Below, in pieces: positions 1 to 13,741 of a stretch of 64,000 nucleotides of DNA. Positions within the stretch are counted from its first letter, which is position 1, and every line of letters starts with the position of its first letter. The notes beneath the pieces were generated by a model. It was given only the letters and a program-made list of their open reading frames with translations. It did not search any database and was not told the DNA's origin. A program made the translations under genes and the position numbers. The DNA lies in assembly GCF_018977255.1 (NCBI RefSeq), contig NW_024704743.1, forward strand, positions 87,484,001-87,548,000, written 5' to 3'. This stretch comes from Callorhinchus milii (lineage: Eukaryota).

Positions 1-449
1 ATTTTTGGATTATGCAGCTTTATCCAGGGCCCTGGGACAGAGAGCCTGTGAAACCTTTAATAGAGAACACCATCAAATCATGTACACACACAATCAATTT
101 TACTTCAAGTACTAATAAATGTGTTTCACTTACAATTAGTTTCCTCATTTAATCTTCCCCCTCCCACCTCCTTCTTTCAAAGCTTGCAATTTCCAACTGT
201 AACTAGTTATTTTTATGTTTAGCTGCAGTGCAGTCTAATGGACTGAAGTCATTTGATCGTGTGTGAAGTGTGTTCAAAGGAGCCAAATGCCTTCATCAGG
301 GAAAGCAGGGAGAAAATTGGCAGGGAAAGAAAATTAGAATACTTTTAACGATCGTCTCACACACTTTGAGCCTAGCCAGACTGATCCATCGAATCGAATG
401 AAATGTTTTCTTCTTCAGACACAGACATGGTGCCCTCTCCTCCCAGCTC

Positions 450-1606
450 AGCCATGGTCCTGTCCTTGCATGATTCAAATCTTACCTTTTGCACCATCTC
501 CACTTTGTCTCCACGATTGGCTTCTCCTCCAGCAGACCATCTCGTGCGGCGTTCCTCAGGGCTCTGTCCTAGGTCCCTTCCTCTTCAATATCTATATGCT
601 CCCTCTTGGTGACATTATATGTAGACATGGGGTGAACTTCCACATATATGTGGATGACACCCAACTCTATCTCTTTGCCTCTACCTTTGACTCCAGGACC
701 TCTGCTGTCCTGACAGAATGTCTGTCAGACATCAAGTACTGGATGAGAGCTAACTTTCTCCTGTTGAATGTCAACAAGACCAAGACCCTACTGATTGGCT
801 CCCATCAGCACCTCCACACCTCAGGCACTAACAGCATCAATCCATGGTTGCACACTGCACCTCACTAAGCCAGTCTGGAACTTTGGTGTCTTATTTGACG
901 CTTAACTGTCCTTTCTACCCCACATCTGTGCCATGACCTGCTCTGCCTTTCTCCACCTCCGCAACATCGCCCGGCTCCGCTATAGCTTCTCTCCTTAGGC
1001 CGCCGAAACACTCATTCACACATTTATTACAACCAGGCTCGACAACCCTAACTTCCTGCTTGTTGGCCTTCCAAACGCTTCCTTCCACAAGCTGCAGATC
1101 ATTCAGAGCTCTGCAACTCGTGTCCTCTCCCGCACCAGGCTCCGTGACCCTATCACCCCCACCCTCGCCCGGTTCCAGTGGCTCCACTTCCAAAGGATAG
1201 AGTTTAAAATTCCAGCCCTCACCTTCAAAGTTCTCCCCGGCCTTGCCTCTCCCTACCTCTGTGACCTGCAAACGCCATATTGACCTGTCCGCTCCCTCTG
1301 CTCAACGGGCTCTGGCCTGCTCCACTTCTCCCACCTGGTCTGCCCCGCTATCAGCATTGGGCCTTCAGCTCTCTGCCCGACCCTTTGGAACTCCTTCCCA
1401 CAGTCCCTTTGCCTCGCTCCGTTCCTTGCCTCCTTCAAGGCCTGTCTGAAGGCCCTCGCCTTCGATCACGCCTCTGTCATTTTCCTACCTCTTTCCTCCC
1501 TGTGCTCCACCACTCACGATCATAACCCCCCGCTCGGGTCCAAATCCCTGACTGTCCAGCGCCTTGGGACGTCCTCCTGACATAAAAGTGGCTTTATAAA
1601 TGTAAT
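450..1606 (+). mobile_element. L2 LINE, 5'-truncated (RT C-terminus plus 3' tail), degenerate
   Basis: [25 protein letters not shown]...[10 protein letters not shown] motifs; tail GCCTTGGGACGTCCTCCTGACAT...ATAAATG. Confidence 0.9.
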
Positions 1607-3136
1607 AGAGTCATTGCACATTACAGTAAATCCTGTGAAGCACTTTGAGATGCTCTTCCGATATGAAAGGTGCTGTATCAAATGCAAGGATTATTAAGTT
1701 TCCCGGAGTGACACAAAATCTCATGGCCCTGAGCTAATTGGAGAGTGCACAATAACTGAAATGTCACATATTTGGATTCTATAAACTAGTCAATCACAGC
1801 ACTAGAGATTTTAAATAATCCTTCTATTTCCAATTGTTAATTAACTAGCACTCAAACTTTAATCAGATGCAACATTTGAAAGTCATTTTTCCAAATAAAT
1901 AATGGTATTTCACTTTATAGCTCTTTGTGAGACTTTGCTATGCATAAATTGGCTGCTGCATTCCCCCACAAAACGCGTACTCTACAGTCTTGAGATGGCC
2001 TCCCCACATGAAAGACTTTGTACAAAATCCAAGGATTATTATAGTATTCGGTGTCCTACACATTTAAATTCCTTAGAGCATTACATTTTAGAAACGTTTT
2101 CTAATTTAAAACGGTGGTATAATTTTAGATATGCAATTGATTTATGATATTGTGTGGCTGGTTAATGTTACATTCTGTTAAAAAAATCTAAGAAGCAAAG
2201 GTCACTGTGTTGTTGAAGTCCCCAGGTGTCTGTGGAGCTGGGCACTCATTGGTTGCTGCTGGTAACTTATGCCAAGAAGAATTTTCCTCTACAGAAGGCA
2301 AGATCATTAAACATGGAAACTGCAACATAAGAACACAGTTGTCACAAAAATAGAAGAGTTGGACTTAACAGCGACCACTTAGGAATTCTGTGAGTGTGCT
2401 CAGCCAGTAATAACCTCAGGTAGAGTAAAGGAACGAGATATTTGATTTGTACAAATTACAGGAGGTGAGGAACTACAAATCATATCCAGGAAATGATTCC
2501 CAAGGAAAAGGTGAAATGTCTGCAGCAAAAGTATGCCATAGACTGCTTATGAACAGAAGTTAAAATGGGTTATGTGAGTCAATTACTATTAGTATCATCC
2601 AGAGTCTCAAGTGTCTTACTCTATTCATGACACCATTATTTCCCTTGCCACAGCCTGATCCAACTTCCCATCGAAGGGTCATCATTCATTCATCATAAGT
2701 TCCTACAGATCATCTGTAAACACATATGGGTGGCCTATCTTTTATGGTGAGGAACGGTGAGCTAATCCTAATACATATGGGGAAGCACTTTGAGACAATT
2801 CAGTGTGATGAGGAGCTTTGTTAAGCACAAGCATTGTTATTTATTTCTATACTTTGGAGCTTATAGTGAATTTCTCATAATAAAAAGATGGCTGCTTTCA
2901 GAAATTAGCAAACTAAGCTGAATTTAGAGTGATTGGCTTTACACAGATGCTTCGTACAGAGCTGTGAAGCTGCATATTTGGCACATATTCAACAAGTTGT
3001 TTTGGTTCTGGCACCAGATACTATCAAAATAGGCAGATACAATCATATTGAACTCTGTTTAGATAGGGAGGTGTAATGCTATGCAGAACATCATTCTCAT
3101 CAAGAGGTTGGTGCTTAAATAAACATTGTGTGTTAG

Positions 3137-3546
3137 TCTGGTCCAGTTGGTAGCATTCTTGCCTCTGTGTCAGAAAGTTATGGATTCAAGCCTGTATATT
3201 CTATGCTGACACTCAAAAACAATGCTGGTGTTGCACTGCATTGTCAGAGGTGCCATCCTTCAGATGCGACGTTTAAACCGAGGGCCTATTTGCCTGTTCA
3301 GGTGGAAGTTAAAGATCCCAAAGCAATATTCGGAAAGAGACGGGAGTTTATCTTGGTGTCCTATCCAACAAAACTCCTAAATAAAATTGTCACTCACTCT
3401 ATGACTGTTTCTGGGACATTGCTGTGCACAAATTGGCTGCCATCTTTGCCCTCAAAAAGCATACAGTCAAACTTACAGTATATCCTGTGAAGTGCTTCAA
3501 GATGTCATGACGACTTGATAAGATGCAATATCAAATTCAAGGATAA
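3137..3546 (+). mobile_element. Older SacSINE1-like DeuSINE with a different tRNA head
   Basis: CAGTTGGTAGCATTCTTGCCTCTGTGTCAGAAAG head; AAACCGAGGGCC...AAAGATCCCA...GGTGTCC core; Deu domain and L2 tail. Family name is from recall. Confidence 0.75.
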
Positions 3547-4384
3547 CTGTAAATAAAATAGAGTTTTTCACAGTTATGGAGTGGTATATCAAGTACATTA
3601 GAAATGCTGCAAATTTTATCCTTATGAATAGTTTTCGTAGGTTAAATAGAAACAGTCTATTTCCACTGATCAGTGAGACAGTAACAAAAAGATAAATAAA
3701 TAGAGGATTATTACCAAAATAATAAAAGGGGAGGTTAGATTTCTGGTTTGCACAGTGTATTTAGAAGGCGGAATGTTTTATTGATGAAGCTAAGTCCACA
3801 ACAACTTTTAAAGGGGAGTGGGTAAAATAGTTTAAAAGAAAAGTAATGTGAAAGGCGATGGGGAAATGGATGGGATGAAACTATTGCAGGCAGCTCTTAT
3901 AGAAGAAACGACATCCCTGAAGATTTGATGTGCTATAAAATTTGTAGGATTCTATTCTCTTTTATACAGAGGTACATCACATTCAGGAGCAAAGATCTAT
4001 AAAAACACACTTATGGATTCAAGCCCCTATATTCTATGCTGCTTGAATGCACTGGGAATTAGCTATAGTACCAGATCATAGCTTCTGAATGTAAAATTAG
4101 AAGCAAATTATCCTGGCCAGGAATAAATGTTCGCCTATATCAGGCAGCAAATTATGGACACACGTCTGTCATTCAGAATCTTCCGCAAACTCCTGGGAAC
4201 CTCCAACGGGATACCTAATAATAATAATCCTTCCACTTCATATAGCACCTTATCATGTCATTGATCATGTTATCTGAAAGCACTTCACAGCGTACACTTA
4301 TTTTTTCGCACCTTGCTTATGACATTGAGACAATGAACCTGGCCAATTGCGTTATAACAGGGTTTCTCTGTAAGTGGTATATCA

Positions 4385-4692
4385 GGAGTCCTGTAGCTCA
4401 GTGGTTAGAGCACTCGCCTCTCAAGCGAGAGACCTTGGCTTGATTCCCGGCAGGGCGAAACCTTGAGCAAGTTTCCTTACTCCACACGCCTGATAATAAT
4501 CCTTCAAGAAAACCACAATAATAAAATTGGTCACTTCAATCCACGACTGTTTGTGGGACACTGCTGTGCGCAATTAGCTGCCACATTTCGCCCACAAATA
4601 TACAGTCAATTCACTTTACAGTCTATTCTGTGAAGTGCTTTGAGATGTCTAGAAGATGTGAAAATCAAATGCAAGGATTATTATTATTATTA
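4385..4692 (+). mobile_element. tRNA-headed DeuSINE, short subfamily, full length
   Basis: A box TAGCTCAGTGG; Deu-like GTGGGACACTGCTGTGCGCAATT; L2-like tail ending (TTA)n. Confidence 0.88.
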
Positions 4693-5029
4693 CAATGTGA
4701 AGTGGATTGACTGTGTATTTTGTGTGTGAAATGTGGCAGCCAGATGCACAAAGTCCTACACACAGCCCTGGAATGAGTGACCAATTTTATTCCCTAGTGA
4801 GGTTCCTTAGTGAGCTGCCCTAACTTTACCCCTGTATCATTGCATAGCCTGTCTTTTAAGTTTTCGCAGAATTACAGATAACAGCAATAAGTTGCATTTA
4901 TATGGCGCGATAACTCAATTCATTCTTAATTTGGAAACTGGTTTCTTGCAGTTCAAAAAGCAGCTAGTGCCAAATTAAAAAATAAATATAAGAATTTTCC
5001 ACAATTCTATTTGATTTTATTGATTCTAT

Positions 5030-5735
5030 TCACTCACCGAACCTGTGCGCAACTTAGACGTCAGGTTCGATCCCCAACTTTCCTTTCTATCACACATCCG
5101 TTTCCTGACTAGGACCGCTTTTTTCCACCTCTGCCACATTGCTCACCTCCGTCTGTACCTCACAACCAAAGCAGACGAAACCCTCGCCCGTGCCTCCGTC
5201 GCTTCCTGGCTGGATTATTCCAATGCCTCCTCGCTGGTCTCCCCAGCTCCACCGTACACAAAATCCAATTAATCCAAAACTCCGCCACCTGGATCTTCAC
5301 TCACACAAAATACAAGTCCTGGCCAGGCTCCACTGGCTCCCAATCACTAAACGGATCGACTTCAAGATCTTCTCGTTTTCAAATCTTTTCATGCCCTCAC
5401 ACCTCCCTAACTATCCGATCTGCTTACTCCCCACTCCACCACCCACTGCCTCTACTCGGCTGGCTCTGGCCTCCTGTCTGTCCCTTGTCCCCCTCCACTA
5501 TCGGTGGCCATGCCTTCAGCCACTACACCCCAAAACTCTGGAACTTTCTCCCTCAATCCCTCCGACTTGCCCCCTCCCTTCCCACCTTCAAATCCCACCT
5601 AAAGAACTTCCTTTTTGATTGTGCTTATGGTCACCTCCCCTCCCTCTCCCCAAACTGTCAAACTCCACCATTATCAAGCGCTCCGGGGCTCTGTGCTGAG
5701 TGCGGGCGCTATCTCAATGCAAGTAGTTGTTGTAT
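5030..5735 (+). mobile_element. L2 LINE 3' fragment, second tail type
   Basis: VRNLDVRFDPQLSF, LHWLPITKRIDFK, GGHAFS...PKLWN; tail GCGCTCCGGGGC...GGGCGCTAT...(TTG)n. Confidence 0.85.
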
Positions 5736-7278
5736 TTTAAATTTCAGGATAAAATGGTCTTACAAGCTAAGTCTAGGTGAAATTTGGGTCACTGGTCTCT
5801 TCCTCCTTTAGATCTGACAGTGAGATCCCATCCCCCTTTGAGTTCACTATCTTGTGCCTCATTGATTCCTTACGATTTTAGTTTCAATTATTTCTGCTTG
5901 GATTTAGATCTTCTGTGACCTGTGTAGTTCTCAGATTAAAATGACAAAGAGGTGACCAGTTTGCAAGCCTCTTAAGATCAAACATAACCCCTTGGATGCA
6001 TGAGAGTAGCCCAGATTGCAATCGCTTTCTTTCCAGAAAGAAGTAATGTGTTCCTTGTACTTGTCTCAATCCTCCAACTGAGACCACAAATTTGTGCCAA
6101 GAGATCTGTGCTACTTCTAGGTTTATGAATCATTCACTAGATCTGCTACATCAACCTTAACCTTGCCTCAGCTTCTATAAATTAATCCGGCAATCGTGGT
6201 TTGGGCTAGTCATGTGTCAGTGGTGAGGTGAGGTTCATTCCACAATTGGTAGTCAGTTCCCAATACAGTACCAAGAGAGACTTTTGATAATTAAATATAT
6301 TACATCGTATCTCTAAGCATTCATTAATGATATCACTAATTAAACATAGAATTTGCTGCCTTGAAATTGACTTTTAAGGGTGTAACATAATTGAATAATT
6401 AACGTGCATCTTGAACTACCTGTGATTGAATTATAATAGTTACCATTTGTTGCTTTCTTAGTTGTATTTGCAATTTTTTTTTCTTTTTGTTACTTTTCTT
6501 CATTTTCGTCCAACCACACAGCCCAAACCCCATCCATTGCCTTTGCCACCTGTGCACTTGATTTCTCCAATATCTGTCTGGCCAGCCTTCCATCTCAACC
6601 TTCCAAAAGATCCAGATTCACATCAGAAGGACATCTTCGAGCGCTTCACAGGATTTACTGTAAAATGTATTTTGTAAGTGAACACAGCAACAAATTTGTA
6701 CAAAGCAATGTCCCGCAAACAGCCATGAGTGAATGACCAACTTTATCTGGGGGAGTTTCCTTCAAGACCTTTCTCTTCAACCGTGCCTTTTTAAATAAAT
6801 AAATAAATGCAATCTTGTTGTTTTGGCCAGAAAACCAGGATAGCATCTCGGAGTGCTGTACAGTGGATACCAAGGAAGGGAGAAGTGAACATAGGTGCAG
6901 GTGAAGATCCAACAATGCCTTCTACTGAGGTAAAATTCATATTAGCTTTTAAGAGGGAATTAGATAAATGTCTGTAAAGGAAAAATATAAAAGAGTAGGA
7001 GAAAAAGGCAAGAGAATGGGACTAAACAGATAGCTTTCAGAGAACCAGCGCAAACATGATCAGATATCAAGTTGGTTCAGTTGGTGACTCTCTCACCTCT
7101 CTATTCAAATAACAGACTGTCAAAATCATGAGTTAACAAAAGATTAAACAAATCTTTCAGGACAAATTGCAATTATTTTATTTATTAAATCTTCTAAGAC
7201 ATTTTGATGACCCAGTCCTGGATGGACCTGCTGTTCTTTAGCTACTTCTCCTATAAACTGAACATCATGTACTGTAGT

Positions 7279-7606
7279 TAATAATAATAATCATCCTTGT
7301 ATTTGATACAGCACCTCATCATGTCTTTGAGACATCTCAAAGCATTTCACAGAATACACTGTAAAGTGACTTGACTGTATTTTGTGGGTGAAACGCAGCA
7401 GCCAATTGAGCACAGCAATATCTCTCAAACAGTTGTGGGTTGAGTGACCAAATTATTATTATTAATTTTTGAAGGGATTATTATCCCGGAAAGCAATCCG
7501 CCAATCAACTAAGTTTTCTTTGGTCAATTTAAGACTTCTGGGATTGCTTACACTGGGTCCTCTTGTTTGCGATGCAAGTGCTCTAACCAATATGTTACAG
7601 GACTCC
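7279..7606 (-). mobile_element. tRNA-headed DeuSINE, diverged long subfamily
   Basis: GGAGTCCTGTA head, Deu domain, (TTA)n tail. Confidence 0.8.
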
Positions 7607-8987
7607 ACTATCCACTTCTGATCTTCACCTGGGCTCCTCCGGGTACTGCGTCAATCTCCAGTTTGTCCTGCCTGCTCTATCTGATCCTCTGGTGACACTA
7701 CCTTGGTACAACTACAATCAGCTGTTTACCTGCTGCTTGCCAGCAAATCATTCCTGACACCTACCTGGCATTTGGCTCTTCTTGGCCACATACTTAGTGA
7801 TAGAAAGCTTACGGGAAACCATTCATGTGTGCAAGAACCTCCACTGAAGCTAAGGGAGATACTGTATTCCCTTTTAAATGATGTTACGGTCTCAAATTCA
7901 AGATATTCCATACTCTTAACAACCCTCTGTATGAAATACATTCTTCCAATCACTCCTTTTTTCCTTCTGGTGATAATCTTCAAATTATATCGTCTACATT
8001 CTTGCTGAGTGACCTTTTATAATTACAATAGAACATCGCTTCATTGCATATTGGACAACCACATGTCTGCTTACCCACTTCAGGATTCAGATATGAAAGC
8101 AAAGGTGGGCTGCAATGTTGACGGAGATTTTTAGTAACACTCAATGTAAAGGTTCATAATTTTACTTGAGCACAAAGGGAAGAGGTCTGATGCTGATGAG
8201 TACTTTGACAGAGATGAACATAGACATATGGAGACCTGCTATCCACTTATTGTTATATACTCACAAAGGGGATGTTCCCAGTTAGAGCTGACATTAGGTT
8301 CCAATCTATTCACTCATTTTACTAATAGCAAGAGGGAAGAGCTGAAACCATTGTCAATCACATAAAGCACACAGCTGAAGGGGAGGAATTAAACGAGAGT
8401 AGGGCGGCAAGTGCAGACAGTTCTCAAGTGTAACTGTGAAAGATTGGAGGCACCAGTCTGATGACTCTGCTGCAGAATGAACAGCTGACTATGCAAATGG
8501 TTACATTCCTTTAAAGCAGGAATCTAGCGCTGCGTGAAGCATGCTGAAAGAAGCTTAGCTGTTAAGCTTTTCTCCTTCCTCTTCTGAAGTCATCTGCTGA
8601 GTTACAGTTACCCAGGCAGCAGCAACCCTTGACTATCTTGTCCAGTCAAATTTGTTTTAAAAAACATTATTTTTCTCTCCTGAGGGCTGACATTTTATTC
8701 CTTCCCCGGGCTTTGGCTCAACAAATATTAGTGCCTTTTCAAAATGACTTATTTATTCATTCAAAAGCTTTGAGAGTGAATAGTTGTAAGCATTTTCATG
8801 GGCAGAGTCGGAATCACAGCCAAACGTGATCCTGTCTTCACCTAATGTCTACACATGGAATCCTGCCACAAGGTTTGCTAGACAGTGATCAGAAGCCTGG
8901 GATTCCACTGACAAAAATAACTTGTGTTTATATAGTGCCCTTCACCCAGGAGAGTGTCTCGGAGCGCTTCATAGTAGCTGAGTTCAT

Positions 8988-9950
8988 ATCATAGAATCAT
9001 AGAATTATATAGCACAAAAGGAGGCCATTTGGCCCATCGTGTCTGTGCCAGCTCTTTTAAAAGAGCGATCCAATTCAATCCCACTCCCCCGCTCTCTCCC
9101 CATAGCCCTGCAAACGTGTCCTCCACAAATAATTATTTACTTCTTTCTTAAAAGTTGTTATCGAATTGGCTTCCACCACCCTTTCAGGTAATGCATTCCA
9201 GATCTGAACAACTCGCTGTGTGAAAAAATCTCTCCTCACCTCCCCTCTGTTTCTTTTAACAACTATTTTAAATCGGTGTCCTTGGGTTACCAACCCACCC
9301 GCCAGTGGAAATAGTTTCTCCTTGTTCACCCTCTAATCCCCTCATAATTTTGAAAACTTCTAGTAAGTCTCCTCTTAACCTTCTCTGCTCCAAGGAGAAT
9401 AATCCTAGCTTCTCTAACCTCTCCTCATAACTGAAGTCCCTCATTCCTGGTACCATTCTGGTAAATCTCCTTTGCACCCTCCCCAATGCCTTGACATCCT
9501 TCCTAAAGTGCAGTGCCCAAAACTGAACACAGTACTCTAACTGAGGCCAAACCAGTGTTTTATAATGGTTCATCATAACTTCCTGACTTTTGTATTCTAT
9601 GCCCCTATTTATAAAGCCTAGTATCCCGTATGCTTTTTTAACAGCTTTATCTACCTGTCCTGCCACCTTCAAAGATTTACTTATATGAGCCCTCAGGTCT
9701 CTCTGTTCCTTCACCCCCTTTAAGATTCTGCCATCAGCTTTTATTGCCTCTCCTCATTCTTCCTCCCAAAATGCATTGCTTCGCATTTCTCCACATTAAA
9801 CATCATCTGCCACGTGTCTGCCCATTTTTCCAGTCTATTTATGTGCTCTTGCAGTCTGTTACAATCATTCTCATAGCTCCCTACTTTTCCCAGCTTAGTA
9901 TCATCTGCAAACTTGGAAATTGTACTCCCTGTACCCACGTCCAAGCCCAA
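8988..9950 (-). mobile_element. CR1 LINE, 5'-truncated (ORF2 C-terminus plus 3'UTR)
   Basis: ISKFADDTKLG, WQMMFNVEKC, PQLEYCVQFW, SYEERLEKLGLFSLEQRRLRGDL, FFTQRVVQIWNALP; (ATTCTATG)n tail at 8988-9006. Confidence 0.95.
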
Positions 9951-10338
9951 TTTGGCTGCTGAACAATAGAAAGGAGGTAGGTCTTGAGACCTAGTCAGGC
10001 TTCAAGGCCATTTAAACTCAAAATTGAAGATGTGCAGAACTGTGGAGCATTGCTAAATTCAGTCACAATCATGAAACATTTTTAAGAGTAAGACTGAATT
10101 TAAGAGTAAGACCACAAGAAATGTAAAGCCTTGGGAGTGGAAACCTTATCTGATTTTCCATTCCTTAACCAGAGAACATTACGATAATTAGATTGGCCCA
10201 TCTGTAAATTAAAATGTAAATTAATGCAAAAGGACCCAGTGTAAGCAATCCCAGAATTCCGGATTGTCTTAAATTGATCAAAGAAAATTTCACCTTCATA
10301 CTTCACTGCAGGGTCACAAACTTATTCAAACCTTATAC

Positions 10339-10510
10339 CAGGTTCGATTCCCAGGTAGAGTGAAACCTTAGGCACGTTTCCTTACTCTACACTCCTATGT
10401 TTACCAAGCAGTAAGTGGGAACCTGGTTCTTAGTCAATTTGCGGATCGTTTTCCGGGGTAATAATATCTTCAAAAAATAATAATAATTTGGACACTCAAT
10501 CCACAATTGA
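10339..10510 (+). mobile_element. DeuSINE long-subfamily internal fragment
   Basis: GGTTCGATTCCC B box followed by the TGTTTACCAAGCAGTAAGTGGGAACCTGG module. Confidence 0.75.
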
Positions 10511-11548
10511 TTGTCCTGGGTTGAATTCAAGTAATCAGTAAAGCTGGGATTTGAACCTGCCGAATTAGAATCTGCTGGGTCTAATGATGGTGTATTTATC
10601 CAATACCTATTGGAGGACCTTATGGGTGGTCATTCTTCATGTATGTGCCATGACTTGAGAGTTATTCCATTTGACAACCACAGAGGGTATCACAACCAAA
10701 CCCTAACCAACCTCATTGGATGTCCATGAACATTCACCGTCCAGCACAAATTACTAGATAGTGATTAGGAGTTGAAACCCTGCTTGTTTCTCTCTTCCGT
10801 TCCGCTTCTTTAGTTCAGTTATACCAATAATAATTGTAATGGGCCACAATGGCGACCTGGGATCTTCCTAATCCCTGCACCCCACACTGGTTGGGGCTCA
10901 CAATCATTCAGGCCTCAACATTTAATTTATATATTTATTTTCAACATGATTATAAAAGTGAATATGTGGGAAGGGAGGAAGGGAATACAGCAATGAAAGG
11001 AAGATCAGTGGACCAAAGACCTGCATGTGTCATGGTGTGTGTGTGTGTGTGGAGGGGGGATGTAATATTGTTAATCTCACTACCCTCAGATAAACTCTTT
11101 CCATAGTTTATCTGGGCTGAATGGCCACTTCGGTGTGGTATGATTCTATGATTCTATATTCTACCTCCAGGCCCTTCCTGGTGCTCTTCTAGAACTACCT
11201 GGGTATACGATTATAATTATTTGAAATGAACTACAATCCTTCCTCCTGAACGTTAAAGATCTCACAATACTACAGTATTATTATTATTATTACTACAGTA
11301 TTTGACCAGTATCTGAGTTTCTCCCAGTGTCAGGGCCAACAATCCTCCGAGTCCGATAAATTAATCATTCTCTTCATGGCTGTTTTGGGGACATTGATGT
11401 GCTCAAATTAGTTGCCACATTCACCTAAAATTACCTGAAATCACACTTGACAATTATTTGTAAAACACTTTGAGATATATCAATATTGTGAGTGCTATAA
11501 AGATTCAAATTGGAGTTTGATTTCAGTTCTATATTAACAAGGGACATG

Positions 11549-11563
11549 ATCGCCCCCTTGTGT
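11549..11563 (-). promoter_or_regulatory. Candidate CTCF site
   Basis: Minus strand ACACAAGGGGGCGAT vs CTCF core CCASYAGRKGGCRS; motif match only. Confidence 0.35.
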
Positions 11564-12539
11564 TATTGCTAAATCAGTACACCAGTTTTAGCAGATCAAA
11601 GAAATATCTTCCATTGAAGGTAAATGAGGAAAAAAATGAAATGTTTGCTTAATAATGAAGAAGAAAATTGATGAATAGTGACTACTTGCTGGTATGATCA
11701 ATGGCCAATTTATTTTCTGTGTACCAAATAGGTGCCAGTAACATATTTGAAGTGACTGCAACATATTTGTTGAACGTTAAGCAATCAGTGGCAAGTGGGT
11801 GATTCATGGAAACTGTAGATTTAATCTGATATTTATGATCTTCTGTATTTACTGCTTCCTGACAGGACAGCCTATTAACCAGGGATTTATTAAGATGTTA
11901 AGTTCAGGCTTCCCATGACATAAATTAACTAATTTCAATTTTGTTTTTCATTACAAATGAAGATTGTTCATTTCATGCAAATTTATTCAAAATATCTTTG
12001 TGATTACATCTGCCAGTACTGTGTTACAAATACAACTACAATCAATCCCAGGCTGGTAGTTCCCAACCAGTGAAAAAGAGTTAGGAAAAGAAGTCTAACC
12101 AAATCAGTGCAGTATTTTGTAGTACAGTAATTCTTTATTTAGCTCCCTTTTTTCTGTCTCAGTTTCATATTTGTCTTTCTCTGTTTCCATCTCTTTCTCC
12201 GTCCTCTCCCCATCTAATAATCCTAATGTTTATCCACCTCATAACCTGGGCCAACAGAAAAGTGCAGAAATGTTTGCGAAAAATTGTGAAGAGTTTTTGG
12301 CAGATTTTGCAGAAAATTGCGGGCCGTTGATTGGTGCTATTGTGGTGCATTTTCCCACTACATTTTCTCACTTAAAGACTAAATGTGAGAAAATATCACA
12401 TATTAGATTGTTGCAAAAAATATATAAATTTCTTCTTAAACAAAAACTGGGTGACCATTTTATTTTGGAGGGGGGTAGGGGGGGACTACAGGAGCTCACC
12501 ACCTCCTGCCTCTCAAGACCCCCCAACTCACATGGACCC

Positions 12540-13741
12540 AGAGAAAGACACTCACAGACACAGAGACACGTTCTGAGAGAGAGACACACACATACACTCA
12601 TAGACACAGACACACACTCACATAGACAGACACATTCTCAAAGAGGGACACACTCACCGACACATTCTCAGAGAGAGAAATACTCACAGGCACATTCTCA
12701 GAGACACACACACTCATAGACACAGAAACACACACATTCGCACACATGCTCAGAGAGACACACACACTGACAGATACAATCTCAGAGAGAGACACACACA
12801 CATACACACACCCTCACACAGATACACACTCACAGACACATTCGTAGAGAGAGAGACGCACACTCACAGACACATTCTCAGAGACACACACACTCAAAGA
12901 CACATTCGCACAGAGAGAGAGACACACTCACAGACACATTCTCAGAGAAACACACTCACAGACACAATCTCAGAGACACACACACTCAAAGACACATTCG
13001 CACAGAGAGACACACACACTCACAGACATATTCTCAGGGAGAGAGAGACACACACTCACAGACACATTATCAGAGACACACATTTACAGACACAATCTCA
13101 AGAGAGACACACACACATTGACAGACATAGAGAGGCACACACACGGACAGACACAGAGACACACACACTGACACACACAGACACAGAGACACACACACTC
13201 ACAGACACAAAGAGAGTCACACACACATGCAGAGAGACACACTGACAAAGAGACACACACACTCACAGAGACACACACACAGACAGAGACACACACACTG
13301 ACACACACAGACAGAGAGACACACATACTCACACACAGAGAGACACACTCACACAGACAGAGAGAAACACCCACTCAGACAGAGACACACTCAGAGAGAG
13401 ACACAAACTCACAGAGAGACACACTCAGACAGAGCCACACACTCAGAGACACAGAGAGACATACACTCACTAAGAGAGAGACACACACTCACAGAGAGAC
13501 ACACTCAGACAGAGAGATACACACACTCAGAGAAACACACTCAGAGACACACTCACAGAGTGAGACACACGCTCACAGACACAGAGAGACACACACAGCC
13601 AGAGAGATACAAACACTCAGAGACATAGAGAGAGACACATACTCAGACAGAGACACACACTCAATCAGAGAGAGACACACACAGATAGAGTGAGATACAC
13701 ACACAGACAGAGAGAGACACACTCACAGACAAAGAGAGACA
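12540..13741. repeat. CA/GA-rich low-complexity tract (degenerate CACACACTCACAGACACATTCTCAGAGA units)
   Basis: Visible directly; about 1.2 kb. Confidence 0.95.

Noticed and set aside
398..868. Functional reverse transcriptase (also 9268-9950 and 40397-40897)
   Set aside because: Truncated, frameshifted LINE relics; the catalytic YADD is altered to YVDD or YAND in the L2 copies.
2188..2290. Possible minus-strand terminal exon (ENSSWHKLPAATNECPAPQTPGDFNNTVTFAS*) after ttctgtag
   Set aside because: No recognisable homology or partner exons; consistent with chance. No PDP1 coding sequence was recognised in 1-14 kb.
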